The notes under the pieces were generated by a model that saw only the letters and a program-made list of their open reading frames with translations, was not told the origin of the DNA and did not search any database. A program made the position numbers and the translations under genes. Below, piece after piece: positions 10,527 to 18,800 of a DNA stretch of 20,000 nucleotides. The DNA comes from an uncultured virus (IMG/VR IMGVR_UViG_3300042484_000728) (taxonomy: Duplodnaviria > Heunggongvirae > Uroviricota > Caudoviricetes). The first letter of the stretch is position 1. Every line of letters starts with the position of its first letter. The stretch lies in IMG/VR virus record IMGVR_UViG_3300042484_000728; one strand, written 5' to 3'.

Positions 10527-10538
10527 TAAGATAAATAA
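10527..10538 (+). promoter_or_regulatory. Putative phage late promoter (TAAGATAAATAA), T4-late-like ATAAATA core
   Basis: Intergenic, with an identical 12-mer at 14836-14847. The core resembles the T4 gp55 late promoter TATAAATA. Confidence 0.6.
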
Positions 10539-10542
10539 GAAT

Positions 10543-10683
10543 ATGGATACAAATAAACAAGAAGAGAAAGTGGAAACACAACCTCAAAAACAACCCGACG
10601 AGCGTGGCGGTATACATATACAAGGGCATATTAAAATATTTGACCCAGAGACAAAAGAAGTTTTTATGGACGGACGAGCATAG
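10543..10683 (+). CDS. 46-aa small protein paralogous to the N-terminus of the downstream gene
   Basis: MDTNKQEEKVETQPQKQPDERGGIHIQGHIKIFDPETKEVFMDGRA*. It fills the gap between the promoter motif and the next ATG (TAG-T-ATG junction) and shares KIFDPxTKEVFxD with the next protein. Confidence 0.8.
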   Translation: MDTNKQEEKVETQPQKQPDERGGIHIQGHIKIFDPETKEVFMDGRA

Positions 10684-10684
10684 T

Positions 10685-11299
10685 ATGAAATCAACGATGA
10701 ACTTAGACATTATTGGTATGGTTAAGATTTTTGATCCTATCACCAAAGAAGTATTTGTTGATAAAACTAATGCTATCCACTATGAAAATTTCTCAGTATG
10801 TTTGGCGCAAAATGCTGCAAATAAAAGTCAAAACTTTATTACTGAGATGCACTTTGGTAACGGGGGAACTACCGTTGACCCAACCGGTGTTATTACGTAT
10901 CTGCCAACAAATACTAATGTGGCTAATGCTGACTTGTATAATCCTACATACTATAAAATTGTAGATGACACAAATGCAGCAAATACTGATCCTGCGAACA
11001 ATAAAATGATTGTAAATCATACTCCTGGATTAAAGTATACTGATATTGTGGTTAGTTGTTTATTAGACTACGGCGAGCCTAGTGGGCAAGCAGTATTTGA
11101 TAATAGTCAAACATTGTCCGGTGACTATGTATTTGATGAACTAGGCTTATTTGGCCACATACCAGGTGCAAGCGGTTTAGGAGCCGGCTTGCCATTATTA
11201 ACACACGTGATTTTTAGCCCGGTGCAAAAAGCGTTGAATCGTTTAATACAAATAGAATATACAGTTCGAGTACAAACTCTAACTAACTTGACAGCATAA
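10685..11299 (+). CDS. Probable baseplate/tail structural protein (204 aa)
   Basis: Start revised from the track's GTG 10604 to ATG 10685 because the upstream part overlaps the mini-ORF in another frame. The C-terminal FDELGLF...LLTHVIFSPVQK...IEYTVRV resembles baseplate/fibre-attachment beta domains. Function is inferred from context. Confidence 0.6.
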   Translation: MKSTMNLDIIGMVKIFDPITKEVFVDKTNAIHYENFSVCLAQNAANKSQNFITEMHFGNGGTTVDPTGVITYLPTNTNVANADLYNPTYYKIVDDTNAANTDPANNKMIVNHTPGLKYTDIVVSCLLDYGEPSGQAVFDNSQTLSGDYVFDELGLFGHIPGASGLGAGLPLLTHVIFSPVQKALNRLIQIEYTVRVQTLTNLTA

Positions 11300-11312
11300 T
11301 TAGGATAATAAA

Positions 11313-13010
11313 ATGTCATACATTGTAAATTTACCAGATGGACAACTACTAACAACAATCTTAGATGGAACTATAGATACTTCGGCATCTAGTTTAACCT
11401 TAGTAGGTCGTAACTACAGCGGTTATGGTGAAATCATAGCAGAAGATTTAGTAGCATTACTTGTTAATTTTAGTAACAATGTAAGCCCTAATAATCCTAA
11501 CACTGGACAAATTTGGTATGATAGTGGTAACAAGTTAGTTAAAGTATACACAGGTAGTGCTTGGAAAAACGTAGGTAGTGCTACATATTCATCAACAGCA
11601 CCTAGTACTACTATAGGCGGTGATTTTTGGTGGCATAGTATCAACAAACAATTATACTGTTACGATGGCACAAGTCCGTATGATGCTGCAGGTTGGATTT
11701 TAGTCGGCCCGGGCTACCCAACACCTAGTGGTAAGAGCGGCGCCTTATACGAACAAATTTCAGACGGCACTGTATCACATGATGTTGTATCAATATACTT
11801 AAATGGTACTCGTACCGCAATTATCAGTCAAGACCAATTTACTCCTAACGTAAGTATTTCTGGATTTACCTCAATTCAAGTTGGTTATAATATGACCACA
11901 ACTAGTACCAATGGTACTATTTGGGGCACTGCTAACAATGCTAGTTACTTAGGCGCACAACCGGCGGCCAACTATTTCCGTAACAATCAAAATAATAGCG
12001 GCACAGGCAATTTAACTATTCTAAATAATAGTGGTGTAACCATTGGCGCATATAATAATGCTAACTTAACAATTGATTCTGCTAATACTCTTGTACTATG
12101 GAATAGTATTAGTAATACTGATATTGATCTTTATGCTACCACAGGCGGCACAAAAACACGTTATCTACATATTGACGGCACAAACGGTTATGTAGAAGTT
12201 GGTGTAGATCCTGTAACACCGGACGGTATCACTTCTAAACGTTATGTTGATGCAAACATTGTATTAAAAGCAAACATTGCAAGCCCAACACTAACAGGTA
12301 ATCCACAAGCACCTACACCAGCAGACAGTGATAATAGTGTTAGTATTGCAACTACAGCATTTGTACAAGGTGCAAACTTAGCATTAAAAGGTTACTCAGA
12401 TAACTTTAGAGATATATTAGATGGCAATATTGTATTAAAAGCAAATATTGCAAGTCCTACGCTAACAGGCCTACCACGCAGTGTTACAATGAATCCGGGT
12501 TCGGCCAACACTACAATCGCAACTACGGCGTTTGTCTATGAAGCAAACGTTGCTATGACAAATTATGTAGATAACAAATTTAATGACACAGTATTATATG
12601 GTGTACCAACAGCAGATACAGCACCAGCAGGAACAGCTAACAGTATGGTTGCTACAACTGCATTCGTTGTTAATAATTCTGGCTTCTTTAGCTATAAGAT
12701 TTATCAAAATAACACCCATATATGGGTAAACGATAGTGGCACAGGTAGTGCTAATATTGTCATTGACGGTACAACCGTTTTAACAGCCGCATCAAGTGGT
12801 GTGGTGTTAAATAATGGTGCAACGGCCTCAACACAAGGTCAAACATATAACACAACTGGAAACACTTTAATTGCCACAACACAATTTGCTAAAACAGCAA
12901 CTACATGGTGGGGCGGTAGTGCTAAATTTGTAAGTAATGCAGCACCTAACCCAGGTGTAAATGATATTGGAAGCAACAACGGCGACTTTTGGTTCCAGTA
13001 TGCAGAATAA
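11313..13010 (+). CDS. Tail fibre protein, paralog 1 (565 aa)
   Basis: N-terminal domain shared with 13025 and 14872 (LTLxGxxYxGYG...NFS...GQ[IL]WYD...GD[FLI]W[WF]). Internal KANIASPTLTG..IATTAFV fibre repeats and a C-terminal GDFWFQ. AGGA lies upstream of the start. Confidence 0.8.
   Translation: MSYIVNLPDGQLLTTILDGTIDTSASSLTLVGRNYSGYGEIIAEDLVALLVNFSNNVSPNNPNTGQIWYDSGNKLVKVYTGSAWKNVGSATYSSTAPSTTIGGDFWWHSINKQLYCYDGTSPYDAAGWILVGPGYPTPSGKSGALYEQISDGTVSHDVVSIYLNGTRTAIISQDQFTPNVSISGFTSIQVGYNMTTTSTNGTIWGTANNASYLGAQPAANYFRNNQNNSGTGNLTILNNSGVTIGAYNNANLTIDSANTLVLWNSISNTDIDLYATTGGTKTRYLHIDGTNGYVEVGVDPVTPDGITSKRYVDANIVLKANIASPTLTGNPQAPTPADSDNSVSIATTAFVQGANLALKGYSDNFRDILDGNIVLKANIASPTLTGLPRSVTMNPGSANTTIATTAFVYEANVAMTNYVDNKFNDTVLYGVPTADTAPAGTANSMVATTAFVVNNSGFFSYKIYQNNTHIWVNDSGTGSANIVIDGTTVLTAASSGVVLNNGATASTQGQTYNTTGNTLIATTQFAKTATTWWGGSAKFVSNAAPNPGVNDIGSNNGDFWFQYAE
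12249..12670 (+). repeat. Tail-fibre peptide repeats (SPTLTGxP...ATTAFV)
   Basis: ATTGTATTAAAAGCAAA at 12258 and 12429 (171-nt, 57-aa period), plus a third partial GVPTA...VATTAFV unit near 12600-12670. Confidence 0.8.
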
Positions 13011-13024
13011 CATAAGGTAAAAGA

Positions 13025-14302
13025 ATGCCATATTCAATAACAACTACTTCAGGTGCTCCGGTAGCAACTGTACAAGACGCAACGATTAATACTACAAGTA
13101 CAGCATTAACTCTCATAGGTAGAGATTATGCTGGGTATGGTGCGTTTCTTAACGAAAACTTTATTCACTTATTAGAAAATTTCTCCGCAAATACAGCACC
13201 AAGTCAGAAACTAACAGGTCAAATATGGTATGACACTAGTGTTAACACTTTAAAAGTGTGGAATACTGGTCTTAATAAATGGAAACCAATTAGTAGCTCG
13301 TTGGCGCAAGACGTTGAACCATTAGGTGCGGTGTCGAGTTTAGGTGATCTATGGTTTGATACAACTAATAATCAGCTGCATGCATACAACGGTGGCTGGC
13401 AGTTAATCGGTCCGCCATCAACTACTTCAGCAGGCGGCACCAGTGGTGCAATTGTTGAAACTATTTTAGACTCTAGTAGCAATGATCATGTGGTAGTTAA
13501 ATTGTATATTGAAAATACCGTTGTGGGTATTTTTAGTTCTAGTAGTGCATTTACTCCGCAGACTTCTATCAATGGATATAGTATAATTTATCCTGGTTTT
13601 AACCTGGCAGGGACAACAGCCGTTGCCAGTGCGCAGCTTACAGGCGATGCTAGTAATGCATTGAAACTTAACGGTGTAGGATCTAATCAATTTTTACGTG
13701 CCGATCAACCCGCAAGCACTCCTTATAGTTTAGGTGTGGGTAATTTAGTAGTTAGCACAGCATTAGTATTAAATCAAATAACTTCTACCACTGAGGTAGC
13801 AGTACAAAGTCTATTAAATGGATATAATTTAAATTTTTATTCAAATATAGGTACACTAACTAGGGCAATTGGTATTAGCGGCGCCGATGCTAGTGTTACA
13901 GTAGATAATGATCTATCAGTAACAGGTACTTTAGGTGTTACTGGAGCAACAACCTTAAGCGGAACAACTACATTAGTTGATATCACAACACTACAAAATA
14001 AAATAGTGCCGAGTGCTGACGGAACTATTGACATTGGTGCTAGTGCTACAAAATTTGCCGCAGTATATGCTACAACATTTAACGGTAGCTTAAATGGTAA
14101 TGTAACAGCTAGTGCGGTTACCGTGGGTAATGTAGCCATTGGGGTTAACAGCATAACACTATCTGGAAACACCATGGCCACTCAGGCGTTTGTATCTGGA
14201 TATGTACAAACTGCTGGTCAAAATAGTCAAGGTGCAAAAACTGTTAGTACAAGTGCACCGAGCGGCACAGCCACCGTGGGTGATATTTGGTATCAAATTT
14301 AA
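13025..14302 (+). CDS. Tail fibre protein, paralog 2 (425 aa)
   Basis: Same N-terminal domain, a Thr/Gly/Ser-rich beta shaft and a C-terminal STSAPSG..GDIWYQI. AAGGT lies upstream of the start. Confidence 0.8.
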   Translation: MPYSITTTSGAPVATVQDATINTTSTALTLIGRDYAGYGAFLNENFIHLLENFSANTAPSQKLTGQIWYDTSVNTLKVWNTGLNKWKPISSSLAQDVEPLGAVSSLGDLWFDTTNNQLHAYNGGWQLIGPPSTTSAGGTSGAIVETILDSSSNDHVVVKLYIENTVVGIFSSSSAFTPQTSINGYSIIYPGFNLAGTTAVASAQLTGDASNALKLNGVGSNQFLRADQPASTPYSLGVGNLVVSTALVLNQITSTTEVAVQSLLNGYNLNFYSNIGTLTRAIGISGADASVTVDNDLSVTGTLGVTGATTLSGTTTLVDITTLQNKIVPSADGTIDIGASATKFAAVYATTFNGSLNGNVTASAVTVGNVAIGVNSITLSGNTMATQAFVSGYVQTAGQNSQGAKTVSTSAPSGTATVGDIWYQI

Positions 14303-14305
14303 CAA

Positions 14306-14833
14306 ATGACTATCAATGTTTATGACAACTATCAATGGAAAGTTCCTAAAGCAATATATGTTTGGGATGGCAATGTTTGGGCAGAAACGAAATCAGTAAC
14401 TATTTTTAGTGGCAATGCTTGGCAGACCTTACATAATACCGCAGTTATCACTTCTAATGTAACTAATGCAAACTTATACACTATAATGGGTAGTCCTATT
14501 AGACCATTAAATGTAAAAGTTACAGTAAACGCTGGGGTGTGGGTAACATCAGTTAATGCTAATGTTGCTAGTTTTAGCATTGGTGGATTTCCAACCGGTA
14601 GTAGAATTTATTTGATAAACAATGGAACTATACAAGGTGCCACAGGGAACGCAGCTTGGCCAGGCGGCAATGCTGTTTCTACTGCAACATCATTGATTAT
14701 TAATAACAATGGTACTATTGCTGGTGGATCAGCTAATGCCATAGTTGCAACAAAAGGTACCGGATATTATCTAAGTGGGGAAACTATTACTACTTTTGAA
14801 AACAGCGGATCATTGTTAGGATTGGCCGGTTAA
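14306..14833 (+). CDS. Putative fibre-tip adhesin, T-even gp38-like (175 aa)
   Basis: Starts 3 nt after the fibre 2 stop. Three evenly spaced N-terminal Trp turns (YQWK, NVWA, NAWQ) are followed by LINNGTIQGATG...PGGNAV...INNNGTIAGG, which recalls the gp38 adhesin beta-helix region. Confidence 0.55.
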   Translation: MTINVYDNYQWKVPKAIYVWDGNVWAETKSVTIFSGNAWQTLHNTAVITSNVTNANLYTIMGSPIRPLNVKVTVNAGVWVTSVNANVASFSIGGFPTGSRIYLINNGTIQGATGNAAWPGGNAVSTATSLIINNNGTIAGGSANAIVATKGTGYYLSGETITTFENSGSLLGLAG

Positions 14834-14835
14834 AC

Positions 14836-14847
14836 TAAGATAAATAA
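14836..14847 (+). promoter_or_regulatory. Putative phage late promoter (TAAGATAAATAA), second copy
   Basis: Identical to 10527-10538 and intergenic, upstream of fibre paralog 3. Confidence 0.6.
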
Positions 14848-14871
14848 TATAATATTAAATAGGTTAGAATT

Positions 14872-16719
14872 ATGACATATACAGTCACTACAACAGCTGG
14901 GATATCGATAGCTACAGTCGCAGATGGTACAGTTAATACTACTGCTACTAGTCTTACGCTCATTGGTAAAAACTATGCTGGTTATGGTATTTTCTTAAAT
15001 GAAAACTACGTTCAATTACTAGAAAACTTTAGTAATAGCACAGCACCAACAGCACCATTAACAGGTCAACTTTGGTATGATAACGTAAACGACATCTTAA
15101 AAGTCTACAATGCTGCAAACAATCTTTGGAAACCTATTTCAAGTGCGATTACACAAGCAACTTCGCCTAGCGCAGGTATTTCAGTAACAGGCGATATTTG
15201 GTGGGACACTACTAATGCACAATTGAAAGTATGGAGCGGTAGTGCCTGGATTACTATTGGTCCTACATACACTAGCACATCAGGTACATCGGGTCCGGTA
15301 ACAGAAAGTATTCTGGACACAGGTGCAGTTTCGCACAATGTAACTAAATTTTATGTATCAAATACTATTGTTGCTATTCTAAGCAAAGACGCAACATTTA
15401 CACCACAAACAGCAATTCCTGGCTTTAGTACAATTATCCCAGGTTTAAATTTAGTTAGTCAAACTACTATTGCTGGAGCACAGTTTACAGGTGCTACAAC
15501 TGGCGCAAGTACTTTAGGCGGCTTCTCAGCTAGCCAATTCTTACGTAGCGATATTAGCCAAACAACCAACTATGCATTTGGCGCAGCTGGCGGATTAACT
15601 GTTGGGGGTGACTTGACATTTGATACTAGTTCCGGTACAGCGGTTGTTGCAGAAACAACATCAAACAGAAATATTCGTGTAGATATAAACAGAAGCGGCG
15701 TTACTACCACAGCACTAACTATTGCCGCAAGTACCAATACAATCACAGTGGCTAATGCACTAACAGTAGCTGGTGCAACTACTGGTACGTCCTTAAATCT
15801 ATCGGGCAATGTTTTATCAACTGGTGCTGTACATAATGCACTAACAGTTAATGGTATAACAAACCACAGTGGTAACATTATTCCAACATCAAACAATGTG
15901 GCATATTTGGGTAATGCTACAAATAGATACAATACAATTTATGGTGTTAACATTGATGTTCTAAGTTTAACATCAGGTACGGGTACGGTGTTCTCACAAC
16001 TTAATACATCTGGCAACGTATTAGCACAGGGTGGTTTATTTAATTCATTAAGAGTTAACGGCGCAACTACACAAGTTGGTACACTAACAATATCTAGCGG
16101 ATTTATTAATGCCGCAGGTAATATTTTAGCCACCGGAGGCACATTAAGTTCATTAACAGTTAACGGTGCTACTACAATCACTGGCGCGACAGTAGTAAAC
16201 GGTAACTTAACTGTTACTACTGCGTATGCTGTACCATCAGCTAATGCAGCATCGAGTTTAGGTACATCAGCTTCGCGCTGGAACTTTATCTACGGTGTAA
16301 CAGGTAATTTCTTATCAGTACAGGCCAACTATGCTGACTTGGCAGAACGCTTTGAAGCAGACGTTCCTATGGTACCGGGTACTGTAGTTGAACTAGGTGG
16401 CTTAAAAGAAATTACAGCCGCAGTACAAGAATTGTCAGAAGCAGTATTTGGTGTTATAAGTACAGCTGCAGGTTTCTTGCTAAACGGCGGCGCAGGTACC
16501 AATGCTACCCATCCACCAGTAGCAGTTAACGGTCGTGTACCAGTTCGTGTAATTGGTGCTGTTAAGAAAGGTGATCGTTTAGTAAGTGCAGGTAACGGCC
16601 TAGCTCGTGCTGCAGACAGAAGTGAAATGACAGCGTTCAATGTAATTGGCCGCGCATTAGAAGACAAAACAACAGTGACTGAAGGCACCGTTGAAGCTAT
16701 AGTTAAATTAAACAGTTAA
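14872..16719 (+). CDS. Tail fibre/spike protein, paralog 3, with C-terminal peptidase-G2-like intramolecular chaperone (615 aa)
   Basis: Shared N-terminal domain. Three GN[VI]LxxG..LxVNG repeats (~15793, 16000, 16105). C-terminal YADLAERF...GRVPVRVIG.VKKGDRLVS...IGRALED (16330-16716). Confidence 0.8.
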   Translation: MTYTVTTTAGISIATVADGTVNTTATSLTLIGKNYAGYGIFLNENYVQLLENFSNSTAPTAPLTGQLWYDNVNDILKVYNAANNLWKPISSAITQATSPSAGISVTGDIWWDTTNAQLKVWSGSAWITIGPTYTSTSGTSGPVTESILDTGAVSHNVTKFYVSNTIVAILSKDATFTPQTAIPGFSTIIPGLNLVSQTTIAGAQFTGATTGASTLGGFSASQFLRSDISQTTNYAFGAAGGLTVGGDLTFDTSSGTAVVAETTSNRNIRVDINRSGVTTTALTIAASTNTITVANALTVAGATTGTSLNLSGNVLSTGAVHNALTVNGITNHSGNIIPTSNNVAYLGNATNRYNTIYGVNIDVLSLTSGTGTVFSQLNTSGNVLAQGGLFNSLRVNGATTQVGTLTISSGFINAAGNILATGGTLSSLTVNGATTITGATVVNGNLTVTTAYAVPSANAASSLGTSASRWNFIYGVTGNFLSVQANYADLAERFEADVPMVPGTVVELGGLKEITAAVQELSEAVFGVISTAAGFLLNGGAGTNATHPPVAVNGRVPVRVIGAVKKGDRLVSAGNGLARAADRSEMTAFNVIGRALEDKTTVTEGTVEAIVKLNS

Positions 16720-16730
16720 GGTAAAGAAAA

Positions 16731-17651
16731 ATGACATACGCATCAGGTGGATTAATCCAAGCTACAGATTATAATAATCTTATCAATGGGTCAAACCAAC
16801 TTAACACAGTTTGGAACGTGGGCTCTGGTAGTGCTGGGTACGGCCAAACTGCTGTTAGTGCTGTTAGTGCCAGCGGAACGGTGACAGCCACGCAATGGGC
16901 AAGTTTAGTTAATACATTAAACAATGCTAGGCTACACCAAAGTGGTGCAGGGTCTGGTATTAGTGCGCCAACAGCAGGTACAACTATTACCTATCTAGCT
17001 ACTCTGCAAACTGCGGTTAATACTTCTTACAGTAGTCGACTAACTGCTGCAGCCACGGGCACACTAGCAACAACTACCTTGACCGGTTACAATATTACTG
17101 GCGGTACTGGGGCATTCTCAGGTACAAAAGCCATGACGTTCACCTGGGCAAGTGGCAATGCTGCACGTTATTTCTTTAACTGTGGTGGACGTATTGGTTG
17201 GAATATTACAGGTGTTACGAACAATAATGGTACATTACGTAGTGCCGACTTAGTGACAAACTTGGGCACTAATCTTAAAGGTGGTGTGATGACTAACAGC
17301 GCATCATCATACACAGGAACTAACGGCGCAACCCGTACTACAAATAGTATTGGTTATTGGGGATTAACTACAACAAATCAACTCGCAAGTCAGGTCTATT
17401 CAAGTAATTATCGTTACGAATATAACAGTGATTATACAAACTTTAACGTAAAAACAAGCACCACCAACGTTGGCGGCAACGGTGATAACGGTCTACAAAT
17501 TACCGTTACAATTGGGTGGAATGTCCCTACAACCTACGTAGGGTTAAATGATGCAGTCAACGTAACCATGGCCTATAATGGTACGTACACTCCTCCGGCA
17601 ACAACTTATCTATCAGCTAGTTGGGGTAATCCAACTATCGCCGCAGTTTAA
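16731..17651 (+). CDS. Probable virion structural (tail-associated) protein (306 aa)
   Basis: Thr/Gly/Ser/Asn-rich with very few charged residues. Last gene before the terminator in the fibre operon, with AAGGT upstream. Contains the motifs GYGQ and ARYFFNCGG. Confidence 0.65.
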   Translation: MTYASGGLIQATDYNNLINGSNQLNTVWNVGSGSAGYGQTAVSAVSASGTVTATQWASLVNTLNNARLHQSGAGSGISAPTAGTTITYLATLQTAVNTSYSSRLTAAATGTLATTTLTGYNITGGTGAFSGTKAMTFTWASGNAARYFFNCGGRIGWNITGVTNNNGTLRSADLVTNLGTNLKGGVMTNSASSYTGTNGATRTTNSIGYWGLTTTNQLASQVYSSNYRYEYNSDYTNFNVKTSTTNVGGNGDNGLQITVTIGWNVPTTYVGLNDAVNVTMAYNGTYTPPATTYLSASWGNPTIAAV

Positions 17652-17674
17652 GCAACCTTTTTGGTTGCTTTTTT
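17650..17674 (+). terminator. Intrinsic terminator closing the structural operon
   Basis: AAGCAACC-TTTTT-GGTTGCTT stem-loop (8 bp) running into a T tract, immediately at the stop codon of 16731..17651. Confidence 0.7.
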
Positions 17675-17693
17675 CTCACTGGGTTGCTATACT
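17665..17693 (+). promoter_or_regulatory. Putative sigma70-type promoter for the glycosyltransferase cluster
   Basis: TTGCTT (17665-17670), a 17-nt spacer, then TATACT (17688-17693), preceded by an extended -10 TG (17685-17686). Confidence 0.55.
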
Positions 17694-17707
17694 AGATAAT
17701 TACTAGT

Positions 17708-18022
17708 ATGAGCGACTTAGACAACCTTACCCAAGAAATACGTTTAGCCACTGACTATCAAGTCAACAAACGTATCTTACGAGAAAAAATTCAAACAGAT
17801 CTACAGGTAACACACAATAGCGGCCTGTTTAAAGTTACCCCAGAGCTAATAGCGTTCCTTAATGCCTGGGACTCTGATGAGTTATATCTAGAAGATACCT
17901 ATCAAAATCCAATACTAGTTAGTAGGCTCGAGCTTCTGACATTGTGTCGACAACATTATCAAATGGTAATGAACACCTGGCATATCCAACATGACGAAAT
18001 CAAACGTGCCCGCAAAGTCTAG
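17708..18022 (+). CDS. Hypothetical protein (104 aa), possibly a fibre assembly chaperone
   Basis: Clean ORF with a charged, helical-looking composition, overlapping the next gene. The function is only a positional guess. Confidence 0.6.
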   Translation: MSDLDNLTQEIRLATDYQVNKRILREKIQTDLQVTHNSGLFKVTPELIAFLNAWDSDELYLEDTYQNPILVSRLELLTLCRQHYQMVMNTWHIQHDEIKRARKV

Positions 18023-18800
18023 AGGAGTATTGCTTTTTGCTTTTGACACAGAAAAGACCAGTTACGTTACTATAGCTGAACATTGCGCACGACTAGTTAA
18101 ACACACTACCGGATTACCTGTTACCTTAGTTACAGAGCACGGAACTACAGCACAGGGCTTTGACAACATAGTCTATGTCAGTAACGAACTTAAAAATCGC
18201 AAAATAGATGTAGAAGGCAGCTGGCGCAATGGCGATCGTTTTAGAGCATATGAACTAAGTCCTTACGATGAAACTATTCTAATAGACAGCGATTATCTAA
18301 TGCTTGATACTAATTTAATTAAATTATTTGAGCAAGACTTTGATTATCGGATAATGAGTTGGAATAATAAACCTGCTACGGCGTGGAAGTTAAAGATGGG
18401 CATGTTTGGTCTTGATTATCTTTGGGCTACAGTCATTCTATTCCGCAAAACAGCTAAAACAAAAATGTTGTTTGACCTAGTGGGCCGTATACAACGCAAC
18501 TATACCTACTACATGAAACTATATCATATGCGTGAGGGAAACTTTCGTAACGACTATGCTTTTACTATTGCTAACAATATTCTAAACGGCTATGATCCAA
18601 ATTTTGACCAAGGTATAGTTACACCAATGCTGACCTTTGCTGATGTTACAACTAGTATCACTGTGAAGAATTCTATGCTAGTAGTTAAAGAACGAGAAAG
18701 GGGATACGTAATCCCTCGTCAGAACATACACGTTATGGATAAAGGCTATTTGCTATCAGATAACTTTAAAGACTTTGTAGATACGATATGCGCAAAGTAG
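17991..18800 (+). CDS. GT-A fold glycosyltransferase (nucleotide-diphospho-sugar transferase-like)
   Basis: N-terminal beta-alpha unit RGVLLFAF..Y...A, the motif SPYDETILIDSD with DxD at 18285-18293, and later RNDYAF and HVMDK. GTG 18006 is an alternative start. Confidence 0.75.
   Translation: MTKSNVPAKSRGVLLFAFDTEKTSYVTIAEHCARLVKHTTGLPVTLVTEHGTTAQGFDNIVYVSNELKNRKIDVEGSWRNGDRFRAYELSPYDETILIDSDYLMLDTNLIKLFEQDFDYRIMSWNNKPATAWKLKMGMFGLDYLWATVILFRKTAKTKMLFDLVGRIQRNYTYYMKLYHMREGNFRNDYAFTIANNILNGYDPNFDQGIVTPMLTFADVTTSITVKNSMLVVKERERGYVIPRQNIHVMDKGYLLSDNFKDFVDTICAK

Noticed and set aside
10604..10684. N-terminal extension MAVYIYKG... of the 231-aa ORF
   Set aside because: It overlaps the better-supported 46-aa ORF in another frame. 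ATG 10685 directly after its stop is more plausible.
12249..12540. Near-identical DNA repeat as a possible diversity-generating retroelement VR/TR pair
   Set aside because: Both copies are in-frame coding repeats. Mismatches in the conserved part are mostly third-position and not adenine-specific, and no reverse transcriptase is visible.
11313..13010. Canonical N-x-S/T sequon enrichment in fibre 1
   Set aside because: About 18 sequons by manual count, but the high Asn/Ser/Thr content could explain most of them. Not convincing without a shuffle test.
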